Position numbers and translations under genes: made by a program. DNA of 64,000 bases from Bradymonadia bacterium (lineage in GTDB: Bacteria > Myxococcota_A > Bradymonadia > UBA7976 > UBA1532), in the NCBI GenBank assembly GCA_046290225.1, contig JBKAGE010000038.1, forward strand, positions 64,001 through 128,000, read 5' to 3'. Of the stretch, positions 1-8,319 are shown piece by piece. Below the pieces are notes generated by a model, which had not been told where the DNA came from, made no database searches, and saw only the letters and a program-made list of their open reading frames with translations. Numbering within the stretch: position 1 is the stretch's first letter; each line of letters starts with the position of its first letter.

Positions 1-883
1 GCAGCCCCCCTTCACCCTCCACAGCGCTCACCCATCGACCTGCGCTCTCGTCCACCCCGGCAGCCCGGCCAGGATCGGTGTTCAAGTCACCGAGGATCAC
101 CACCGGCCCTTCTCCAGCGAGCGTCAGCGCTTGCTCCACTTGAGCGCGCCGGCACTGGATCGACTCGGCCTCGAAGCCCGAGGTGCCATGTACGGAGACC
201 ACTGTGAGCGCTCTGCCGTCGACGAGCTGCAACACACCCGATGCCACACGGGCACCACGACCGCACCCATCGACCCCTTCACCCGTGAGCCCCTCGAGGC
301 AGAGTGCGCCTTCACACCCTGCCCACATGCCCAAACGCCTGTGCACGCCAACGCACTTGTCAGGCTTTCCCGGGTGGCAGGCCACCTGCCATCCATCACC
401 GAGGACCCTCTGAGCCACGGTGGGCTGATCAGGCGACCAGCCATCACACACGAAGCCCCCATGATGCTCCGAGGGGACCTCGGCACAGTCTCCGGGGTGA
501 AAGATCTCCTGAAACGCCACCAAGTCGGGCTGCAGGTCGGCCATGAAGGCAGCAGCCTCATTCACCCGCTCCATCCAGGCGAGGCCATTGCCGTACCATG
601 TGTCGGTCAGCTCGGCCTCCGCCGGGCCATAACCGTCTTCGGGGGGGCCGTCGTGATCGAGCTCAGGCGCAGAGCCAGTGTTGAACGTCACCACTGTGAA
701 GCTCAGCGTCTCAGGCGGAGCCATATCGAAGACCGACTCGTCCATCAGACCGGCGTCGAGCATGTATGCGTCCACAGGCTCCGGTGTGCCGCCTGTACGC
801 TCAGCATCTTCACAGGCCGCGAGCAGCAGGGCGCCACACAGCATCTTCTGCCAATTCATCATCAGGTGAGTATGCTTCGCCAT
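1..883 (-). CDS. Endonuclease/exonuclease/phosphatase (EEP) family lipoprotein, partial (runs off the left edge; absent from the ORF track)
   Basis: Manual translation from ATG 883 (or 862): MAKHTHLMMNWQKMLCGALLLAAC (lipobox), then EEP motifs VVTFN, DLVAFQE, VVSVH, VILGDLN; open to position 2. Confidence 0.85.
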   Translation of the reverse strand, partial: MAKHTHLMMNWQKMLCGALLLAACEDAERTGGTPEPVDAYMLDAGLMDESVFDMAPPETLSFTVVTFNTGSAPELDHDGPPEDGYGPAEAELTDTWYGNGLAWMERVNEAAAFMADLQPDLVAFQEIFHPGDCAEVPSEHHGGFVCDGWSPDQPTVAQRVLGDGWQVACHPGKPDKCVGVHRRLGMWAGCEGALCLEGLTGEGVDGCGRGARVASGVLQLVDGRALTVVSVHGTSGFEAESIQCRRAQVEQALTLAGEGPVVILGDLNTDPGRAAGVDESAGRWVSAVEGEGGL

Positions 884-905
884 CCGTTCAAAGTGGAGCC
901 CGCCG

Positions 906-1568
906 ATGCCAGCCCGCCACAACGCCCTCGCCTGTCTGCTCCTCGCCACGACCCTCGCGGGCTGTAAGGGTCAGGAGAAGCCGCCCCAGGCCACCCCTGA
1001 CAAGACTCCAGACGCAGCCGTCAAACCAGCCCCCGCTCTCGACCTCAACACCAAAGAGGACTGGGTCGGGCACTTTCAAGCTCAGGGCTGGCAGGTGAAC
1101 CACGCCTACACCAAACACCCCATCAGCAAGTACACGCTCACCGCCACCGGCAAGGCGAGCAAGGTCACCATCACGCTCTACACACTGCCCGAGGGCGATC
1201 TCACCACCCTGCGCTTCGACGGCAGAGCCTTCATCCCCTCCAGCCGCCGGGTGAAAACCCTCACAGTGGAGCAGCTCACCGCCCGGCTCACCGAGCTCGG
1301 CTGGCAGGTGGCCCCTGATCCCCAACACGAGATGGTGAAGTTCAATCAGTGGGCCCTCTATGCCACCAAAGGCAAGCAAGCCCGACTCATCAGGCAGTTC
1401 GACGACAGCTTCCACGGTGTCGTCCACGCTGCAGAAGACACCACCGAGGCCAGAGGCTTCTCAGCCCACGAGCGCTTCGCCGTCCTCGTCGATGGAGGCA
1501 AGGCAGGCTTCGGCGAAGCCAGCGCCCTGCGCAATCAACTGGCCAACTGGTGGTACAGCGCTCACTGA
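906..1568 (+). CDS. Hypothetical lipoprotein
   Basis: 220 aa; signal peptide with TLAGC lipobox and Pro/Ala/Lys linker. Confidence 0.75.
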   Translation: MPARHNALACLLLATTLAGCKGQEKPPQATPDKTPDAAVKPAPALDLNTKEDWVGHFQAQGWQVNHAYTKHPISKYTLTATGKASKVTITLYTLPEGDLTTLRFDGRAFIPSSRRVKTLTVEQLTARLTELGWQVAPDPQHEMVKFNQWALYATKGKQARLIRQFDDSFHGVVHAAEDTTEARGFSAHERFAVLVDGGKAGFGEASALRNQLANWWYSAH

Positions 1569-1688
1569 TCTCAAAAAACCATCCCCCAACCCCCAAACGA
1601 ACCTCACTCCACCCTCACAAAGCCATAACCCAGGGATGCACGTGCCCCGCGGAGTCACGGCGGCTGGCGCCGCCGGAGCGCCGGAGCT

Positions 1689-3536
1689 TCAGTAGCCTTT
1701 GATGTGGGCCCAGCCGGGCACGGAGGGGTCTGGCTCCATCTTCGCGGTGCGGAAGCCGTCGAGCTTGATGGGGAGTGAGCCTGTGAGGCCGCCCTCGAAA
1801 AGGCCGCCGATCAGGCCCTCGGGCATGGTGCGGGCCACCGCGCCGATGAGGGTGGCCAGGCGACCCTTGTCCACCTCGCCGATGGGCGTGTCGAGGATCT
1901 CAGTGAAGGCGTCGACGTCGAGCTCTGCCTTGAGAGATCCATCTTCGTTCGCCGAGAGGCCAACGTGCATGTCGAGGTGAATCACCGAGGTGAACATCGG
2001 GCGGCCGTTCGCCGAGAAGGCCAGCAGCATGTCGGACATCTGGATGCCCAGGGGCTTCTCGCCATTGCCCATCTTCACCACGGGGGGATAGAGGGAGCGC
2101 ACCTGCAGCGTCACCGGGGTGTCGGGATCGATGTTCTCGGCGCCGGGGCCCAGCGCCGACTTCAGCAGACCCACCTTCAGCTCGATGCCTGCCGAGGCGT
2201 CCCCAGGGGCGATGACGAAGTCGAGGCCCCCTGCGGACCACGCCGCGAAGAGCAGACGAGAGGTGAAGGCCTCGCTGAGGGCCAAATCCATCGAGGCACC
2301 TGCGTCGAGAGAAGCCTGAGTGCTCGGTGAAGAGAGCACGTAGCCCTGATGGCGGGGGTTCTGCGCCCGGGTGCGGCCGGAGAGCCAGAGCTGCAGACCC
2401 GCGGTGCGCACCTCCACCTCCTGGATGGCCAGGCCCATCTCCAGGACCGTGCCGAGGATGTCCATGTTCGACGACAGATCATCGGCGCCGAGGAAGGGCG
2501 GCAGCTGCACGTCGGCCATGGCCTTCTCCACCTCGTCCCGGACCATGTCCTCCACCATGCCCTGGAAGATGCCTTCGATGAAGCCCGGGGTGTTGTCCAG
2601 GTCGTAGTCGAAGTTGCGCAGGTTCACCGTGCCGCCGTTCATGTCGAGGGCCACGCCGCCGGCGCCGTCGGCTTCCACAGCCACCTGAGCGTTGATCTCA
2701 AGGGTGCCGATGCGCACGACCCCGCTCACGGGGGTCACGTTCCCGAGGATGTCCATCGAGCCGGCGATGTAGAGGCTCACCCCGTTGATGCCGAGGCGAA
2801 TGTTGAGGTGGCCCTCAGCGGGGAACAGCTGAGCGGTCATGTTGCCGTAATTCGCTCGGGTCACTTGGATGTTGCCGGAGCCACCACCGGCGAGCAGGCT
2901 GTCCATGTCGAGGCCGTCGAGGCCCTCGGCCACCATGTCGTTGAGCCCTGCGAGGGAGGAGGGGCCCATCTGGACCGCCACGGCGTGCTCTACCGTGCGG
3001 CTGGGATCCTCCCGAGCGTCCACCATGAGGCCCTGACGGGTCTCCACCTCTTCACCGTCTTCGGAGACCGCCGCAGCGGTGAGGATGTTGAGACCGGGGA
3101 TCACCGCGAGCTCGACGCTGAAGCTGCCGTCGCTGCTGGTGGTCACCGGCTGACCGCCCACTGTGACCGAGCGGGCCTTGCCGCCCACCACCCGGCCGAT
3201 GGCGTGGATGATCTGCTGGTTCTCGATCCACTCCCCACGGGTGGGGGTCTCGAAGTAGATGCTGAAGCCCTGAGTGTTGCCAGGATTGGCTTCGGGCCCG
3301 GGGAGCAGCTCGTCGCCGCCTTCGCTCCCGGGGTCGACCTCATTGTCGCCGTCGCCCTTGATGTCCTGCTGCCCGGAGGTGGGCCCGGTGTAGGGCGAAA
3401 AGGCCGAGGGGGGCGGGATGTCCCCTTCAGGCTGAATCTCCCCCTCGGCGCAGCCGCCGATCGCGAAGACGTTCAACATCAAGGCACCAGTGAGCAGGGT
3501 GCTGAGGCGTCGGGCAGTGGGGGTGAGGTATCGCAT
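1689..3536 (-). CDS. Lipoprotein with Ig-like domain and putative BPI/LBP (TULIP)-like region
   Basis: AIGGC lipobox; Ig-like segment (GSFSVELAVIPGLNILT); AVAVQMGPSSLAGLND and MDLALSEAFTSRLLFAAWSAG resemble the BPI central-sheet segments. Start may be 3536 or 3542. Confidence 0.65.
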   Translation of the reverse strand: MRYLTPTARRLSTLLTGALMLNVFAIGGCAEGEIQPEGDIPPPSAFSPYTGPTSGQQDIKGDGDNEVDPGSEGGDELLPGPEANPGNTQGFSIYFETPTRGEWIENQQIIHAIGRVVGGKARSVTVGGQPVTTSSDGSFSVELAVIPGLNILTAAAVSEDGEEVETRQGLMVDAREDPSRTVEHAVAVQMGPSSLAGLNDMVAEGLDGLDMDSLLAGGGSGNIQVTRANYGNMTAQLFPAEGHLNIRLGINGVSLYIAGSMDILGNVTPVSGVVRIGTLEINAQVAVEADGAGGVALDMNGGTVNLRNFDYDLDNTPGFIEGIFQGMVEDMVRDEVEKAMADVQLPPFLGADDLSSNMDILGTVLEMGLAIQEVEVRTAGLQLWLSGRTRAQNPRHQGYVLSSPSTQASLDAGASMDLALSEAFTSRLLFAAWSAGGLDFVIAPGDASAGIELKVGLLKSALGPGAENIDPDTPVTLQVRSLYPPVVKMGNGEKPLGIQMSDMLLAFSANGRPMFTSVIHLDMHVGLSANEDGSLKAELDVDAFTEILDTPIGEVDKGRLATLIGAVARTMPEGLIGGLFEGGLTGSLPIKLDGFRTAKMEPDPSVPGWAHIKGY

Positions 3537-3674
3537 GCTCAACCTCTAGAGCAAAGGCCAGGCCACACCGTCAAACGGCCTGAGCTGGTCTTTCAAGTGG
3601 GGGTTGCAGGCCCCGAGTGAGACATCCGTGTGGGACCGGGGCGTCACACCTGGAAGGCGTGAGTTCATTGGCCC

Positions 3675-3723
3675 TCATCACAGCTCTCGTGGCACTGTTC
3701 GGCATCGGTCATCACAGCGCTCG
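3675..3723 (+). repeat. 15-bp direct repeat (14/15 identical) upstream of phoD
   Basis: TCATCACAGCTCTCG at 3675-3689 and TCATCACAGCGCTCG at 3709-3723. Confidence 0.5.
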
Positions 3724-3734
3724 GGAGAAGCCTC

Positions 3735-5582
3735 ATGACGCACCCCCCCTCAAAACCCCATCGTAGAACCTTCATGAAGATGCTCGTCGTCGCTGCGGCG
3801 GCGGGGGCCTCTCCGCTCATCGGCTGTGACGATGACGATGACGGTGGCGCCAGCGGGGGTGCAGGCGGTGCAGGGGGTGAAGGCGGCATCCCTGGTGGTG
3901 CAGGCGGTGCCGGAGGCGGCGACAACCTGCCCAGCGTCGATGATGTGTTCCCTCAGGGCATCGCCTCAGGTGATCCCACTCCAGAGAGCGTAATCTTGTG
4001 GACCCGCGGTGAGATCGACGCCTTCCAGGGTGCCGAGCGCCTCAACCTCATGTATGAGGTGGCCACCGACGAGGGCTTCACCGATCTGGTGAGCAGTGGC
4101 GAGGCCACCCTCGACGCCGACACTGATCACGCCTTCCGCATGAAGGTCACAGGCCTCAGCGCCGCCACGACCTACTACTACCGCTTCCAAGTCGAGGGGG
4201 TGACCTCACCCTGGGGCCGTACGAAGACCGCCCCAGCGGCGGACGCGGACACCCCTGTGCGCTTCGCCTTCGCCAGCTGCCAGGACTACAACGGCCGCTA
4301 CTACCATGCCTGGAAGGCCCTGCTCGATGCCGATCCCGTGGACTTCGTGGTGTTCCTCGGGGACTACATCTACGAGACCTCCAACGATCCACGATTCCAG
4401 GAGGCCACCGACGAGCGACAGACCACCCTCGTAAACGGATTGCCCCTCGACGAGGACGGTATGGCCCTCGCGGCGCTGACCCTCGCGGACTACCGGGCCC
4501 TCTACAAGCAATACCGCAGCGATCCAGATCTCAAAGAGGTGCACCGCCTCTACCCCTTCGTCGCCGTGTGGGACGATCACGAGTTCGCCGACGACAGCTG
4601 GCAGGATCACGCCACCCACTTCAACGAAGCCCAGGGAGACGAGCAGAACACCGAGCGCCGCACGGCGGCGAGCCAGGCGTGGTTCGAGTACATGCCCGCG
4701 GACGTCACCCGAGACGCTTCGGCGAGCTTCCCCGACGACATGCGCATCTACCGCCGGTTGCGCTTTGGGCAGCACGTCGACCTGTTCCTCACCGATTTGC
4801 GCAGCTATCGGGCAGATCACGCCGTGGCAGAAGGCCCTGCGCAGCCCGCCACGGGCAAGCTCACCCCCAACAGCGCCATCGGGGCCCGCAACTTCCTGCT
4901 CAAAGAAGGCTTCGACCCCATCGAGGCTGAGGCAGCACCATCGATGCTCGGCGCCGAGCAGAAGGCCTGGATCATCGACGGCATCACCGGCAGCGACGCC
5001 AGCTGGAAGATCTGGGGCACCGAGGTGCAGCTGTCACAGATGCTCGTCGACCTGTCGCCTTTCGAAGGCTTGCCGGACCAGTACCGGGGGGTCTTCTACT
5101 TCAGCGTCGATCAGTGGGATGGCTACCGCACCGAGCGCGCCGAGGTGCTGCAAGCCCTCGCCGAGGTCGAAGGCTGGTTCAGCATTTGTGGCGACATCCA
5201 CGCCGCCTACGCCTGTGAGCTGAAAGTAGACTTCGATGATCCGGAGTCGGCGATCATCGCCGCGGAGTTCACCACCCCGGGCATCAGCTCTCAATCGGTG
5301 CAGGACATCACCCAGCAGACTCTCGATGGCGATCCGGTGCTCTCGGGTCTGGGCCTCGCCGAGCTGGTGCCCCGCTTCGACGAGCTGCTCACCACGGCGA
5401 GCCCCCACTACCGCATGGCGAACAGCCAGACGAACGGCGTCACGGTGATCGACATCACCGGGGCCGACAGCGTACAGGTGGAATACTTGTTGGTGGGGGA
5501 TCCCCGAGAGGTGAACTTCGACGGACAAGTAGAGCGGGTGCGCTACCGATACGACCGGGACAAGACCCTCACGGCCTTGTGA
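3735..5582 (+). CDS. phoD: Alkaline phosphatase D family protein, Tat-exported lipoprotein
   Basis: HRRTFMK Tat motif and LIGC lipobox; FPQGIASGDP, FASCQ, LGDYIYE, WDDHE, DQWDGY, GDIH motifs. Confidence 0.93.
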   Translation: MTHPPSKPHRRTFMKMLVVAAAAGASPLIGCDDDDDGGASGGAGGAGGEGGIPGGAGGAGGGDNLPSVDDVFPQGIASGDPTPESVILWTRGEIDAFQGAERLNLMYEVATDEGFTDLVSSGEATLDADTDHAFRMKVTGLSAATTYYYRFQVEGVTSPWGRTKTAPAADADTPVRFAFASCQDYNGRYYHAWKALLDADPVDFVVFLGDYIYETSNDPRFQEATDERQTTLVNGLPLDEDGMALAALTLADYRALYKQYRSDPDLKEVHRLYPFVAVWDDHEFADDSWQDHATHFNEAQGDEQNTERRTAASQAWFEYMPADVTRDASASFPDDMRIYRRLRFGQHVDLFLTDLRSYRADHAVAEGPAQPATGKLTPNSAIGARNFLLKEGFDPIEAEAAPSMLGAEQKAWIIDGITGSDASWKIWGTEVQLSQMLVDLSPFEGLPDQYRGVFYFSVDQWDGYRTERAEVLQALAEVEGWFSICGDIHAAYACELKVDFDDPESAIIAAEFTTPGISSQSVQDITQQTLDGDPVLSGLGLAELVPRFDELLTTASPHYRMANSQTNGVTVIDITGADSVQVEYLLVGDPREVNFDGQVERVRYRYDRDKTLTAL

Positions 5583-5586
5583 GGGC

Positions 5587-8319
5587 TCACCAGTCGGTGC
5601 CGTCTACCCGGAGACCCGGGGAGCCGTTGTCCACGGCGCCCTCGACCTCGTCGTGGTTGATGAGCTCGGACTTCTGATCCGCGTCCGTGGCCCGGTTGAG
5701 GGCCACGCCCTCCACAGAAGCCTCGTAGACCACCGAGTCCATCTCCACGCCGAGGGCGCTGAAGAGCACCACGCGCTCATTGCTGTTGTTGAGCGACAGG
5801 CTGCCAGAGGAGGCGACGAGGTGACCGGGGACCTCTGGGTGCTCTCCACGATCGAAGATCACGATGGACTCGCCGACAGGCAGTACCTGGGGGCCGCTGA
5901 AGACGTGTCGGTTGGCGCTCACGGCGTCACCGAGGGTCCAGCCGGCGAGATCGACGTCGACCTCGCCCACGTTCACCAGCTCGATGTACTCCTGACCGCG
6001 ATCCGTGCCCACAGGGTTGGGCAACAGCTCGTTGATCATGACCGCCTGTACGGGGGGCGGCTCGATGAAGTCCTCACCAGAGGAGCGCAGGCCCGGGGAC
6101 ATGTTGCCCAGGGCCCCTTCCACCAGGGTGTGCAGCACGAACTCGGCCTCGATCTCCCCATCGCTCGCCCGGTTGAGCGAGATGCCGTCCTCGACGAGAT
6201 CGTCACCGTAGATCACCTGGTCGGCCACACCACCGGCGGCGTCGAACAGGGTGATGGTGTCACCGCCGTTGTTGAGCGACAGCGAGCCGGAGCTGCTGTT
6301 GATGGCCCCGGCGATGGCCGCGTGATCACCCTGGTCGAAGATGACCAGCACCTCTCCGGGGGCCAGCTCGGTGCCATCGAAGACGTGACGATCGGCGGCG
6401 CTTAGATCACCCAGGGACCACCCAGTGAGATCGACGCGGCCGGTGCCGGCGTTGATCAGCTCCACGTACTCCTGGCCACGATCAGTGCCCGAGGGGTTCG
6501 GGAGCAGCTCGTTGATGACCACGCGAGGCGTACCGGGCCACAGGCGGCCGTCGGCGCGCAGGCCCGGTGACATGGTCAGGCCATCGGGGGACACCAGGGT
6601 GTGCAGGGCGATGACACCGTCACCAGCGCCGTCAGGATCGCGGTTGAAGCTGATCCCCGAGCGGGCGTTGCGGTAGGCGATCTCGTCCACCACGACGCCC
6701 TCGGGGTTGCGCAGCACCACCGTCTCGGCGTTGTTGGTGAGGGCCAGCCCCCCAGAGGAGGCCACCACCCGGCTCTCGTCGCCTTCGAGGGCGCCGCCGT
6801 AGATGACCATCACCCCACCAGGCACCAGCACATCGTCGGGGCCGAAGGTGTGGCGGACCTTGAGGGCGTCGGCGAGGGTCCAGCCGTCGAGGGACTGGGC
6901 CGAAGCGCCGGGGTTGATGAGCTCCACGAACTCCTCGTCGGCGTCAGGGCCGTCGGGGTTGGGCAGCACCTCGTTGATGCGCACGGGGGTGAGCAGCTCG
7001 GCGCACGGGTCAGGGCGCTCACCGACGAGCTTGGGGTGCACCTCGGCCACCTCGAGCACCTTGCAGAACTCCTCGAGGAATGGCACGGCGAACTCCTGAC
7101 CGTGGAGTACGATCATGTTCTCGTCGTTGTACTTGGTGGCGCCGTTGGACCAGTTGTAGCTGCCTGAGATCACCACCGGATCGCTGTCGGTGCCGGCGTC
7201 GATGATCATCACCTTGTGGTGCAGCTTGCCCCCAGCGAAGCCGATGGCGTTCTTGTTGCCGTCGATGAACACGGGCACGCCGGCCTCGGCGAGGCGATCA
7301 TCCTGGGCGTACCGGCTGCGGCCTTGACTCTCGTCGAAGACACCCACCACGCGCACACCGGCCTCGTTGAGGCGCTCCATCTCCGCAGCCACCTCGTCGA
7401 GGGTGAAACTGAACACCATGAAGAGCACATTGTGATCGGCGGTGCGCAGCAGCCGGAGCATCTCGGCAGAGGTGTTGTCCTGGGGGCTGAAGAACAGTTC
7501 GACGTTGGCACCGCCAATCTCGAACTGCTGGGGCACATCGAGGATGTCCTTACGGCGGCCGAAGCTGCCTTCGTACATCTGCTGGAACTCGGCCATGTAG
7601 GCCAGAGCCAGGGCCTCGGAGTCCACCCGCAGCACGTGGTTGTTGTTGAGCATCACCCCGTTTCTCGAGAAGTTCATCGAGCCGGTGAGCACCGTGCTGG
7701 CGTCGGCCACGACGAACTTGTGGTGCATGATGCGATCGCGGGGCCGCCGGAGCACGAGATCGAGGCCCTCGGCGGCGAGGATCTCGTAGCCTTCGTCGTG
7801 GATCTCGTCGCCGTCTCCGACGAAGCGCACGTTCACCCCCCGGGCGATGGCGTCCACCACGGCGTCCACCACGTTCTGGCGGTTGAACTCGTAGAGGCAG
7901 AGGTCGAGGGAGAACTGAGCGCCGTTGATGACCTCGATGATGGCGTCGTCGGCCTCGGGATCTTCCTCAGCACCGCGCTCGGTGCCAGGGCGGGTGAAGT
8001 GCATCTCGATGAGCCCGCCAGCGGCCACGGCAGGATAGCGGCTGCTCCACGCCCCTGCGGGGCCCTCGGGCTCGACCTCGATGAGCTCCAGCTCACCCTC
8101 GGGCTCTTCACCACTCTCCGGAGATACGATGCTGAGGCCTTCTCCCGAGCCCTCTCGAGGAGACTCGTCGGGGGCCCTGACGTAAGGGCCCTGCTCAGGG
8201 GCGCCTTCAGCCTCGGGGGCCTCGGGGGCAGCGGGGGCCGCCTTGTGATCCTGCTGGTCGTCACACCCGATGCAGATCAAGGCCCCGAGGGCCGCCTGGG
8301 TGATCCATGTGCGCCTCAT
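5587..8319 (-). CDS. Lipoprotein: phospholipase D/nuclease (two HKD motifs) plus three lamin-tail domains
   Basis: ICIGC lipobox; MHHKFVVAD..TGSMNFS and LHHKVMIID..SGSYNWS; three INE(V/L)LPNP..E(F/Y)xEL..SPGLR repeats. Confidence 0.88.
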   Translation of the reverse strand: MRRTWITQAALGALICIGCDDQQDHKAAPAAPEAPEAEGAPEQGPYVRAPDESPREGSGEGLSIVSPESGEEPEGELELIEVEPEGPAGAWSSRYPAVAAGGLIEMHFTRPGTERGAEEDPEADDAIIEVINGAQFSLDLCLYEFNRQNVVDAVVDAIARGVNVRFVGDGDEIHDEGYEILAAEGLDLVLRRPRDRIMHHKFVVADASTVLTGSMNFSRNGVMLNNNHVLRVDSEALALAYMAEFQQMYEGSFGRRKDILDVPQQFEIGGANVELFFSPQDNTSAEMLRLLRTADHNVLFMVFSFTLDEVAAEMERLNEAGVRVVGVFDESQGRSRYAQDDRLAEAGVPVFIDGNKNAIGFAGGKLHHKVMIIDAGTDSDPVVISGSYNWSNGATKYNDENMIVLHGQEFAVPFLEEFCKVLEVAEVHPKLVGERPDPCAELLTPVRINEVLPNPDGPDADEEFVELINPGASAQSLDGWTLADALKVRHTFGPDDVLVPGGVMVIYGGALEGDESRVVASSGGLALTNNAETVVLRNPEGVVVDEIAYRNARSGISFNRDPDGAGDGVIALHTLVSPDGLTMSPGLRADGRLWPGTPRVVINELLPNPSGTDRGQEYVELINAGTGRVDLTGWSLGDLSAADRHVFDGTELAPGEVLVIFDQGDHAAIAGAINSSSGSLSLNNGGDTITLFDAAGGVADQVIYGDDLVEDGISLNRASDGEIEAEFVLHTLVEGALGNMSPGLRSSGEDFIEPPPVQAVMINELLPNPVGTDRGQEYIELVNVGEVDVDLAGWTLGDAVSANRHVFSGPQVLPVGESIVIFDRGEHPEVPGHLVASSGSLSLNNSNERVVLFSALGVEMDSVVYEASVEGVALNRATDADQKSELINHDEVEGAVDNGSPGLRVDGTDW

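Noticed and set aside
131..967. 278-aa plus-strand ORF
   Set aside because: Antisense shadow of the motif-bearing EEP gene on the minus strand
1569..1688. C/A-skewed tract and 7-bp hairpin (1658-1675) as an ncRNA
   Set aside because: Adequately explained as a termination region between convergent genes
2349..3620. Long antisense ORFs (also 7216-8388, 8307-9317, 11350-12987, 39590-40894, 42978-44705, 55043-56281, 56540-57847)
   Set aside because: Typical high-GC shadow frames opposite motif-bearing genes, with no motifs of their own
3690..3705. Sigma-54 promoter before phoD (TGGCAC..)
   Set aside because: GG-GC spacing is 9 rather than 10, and there is no TTGC
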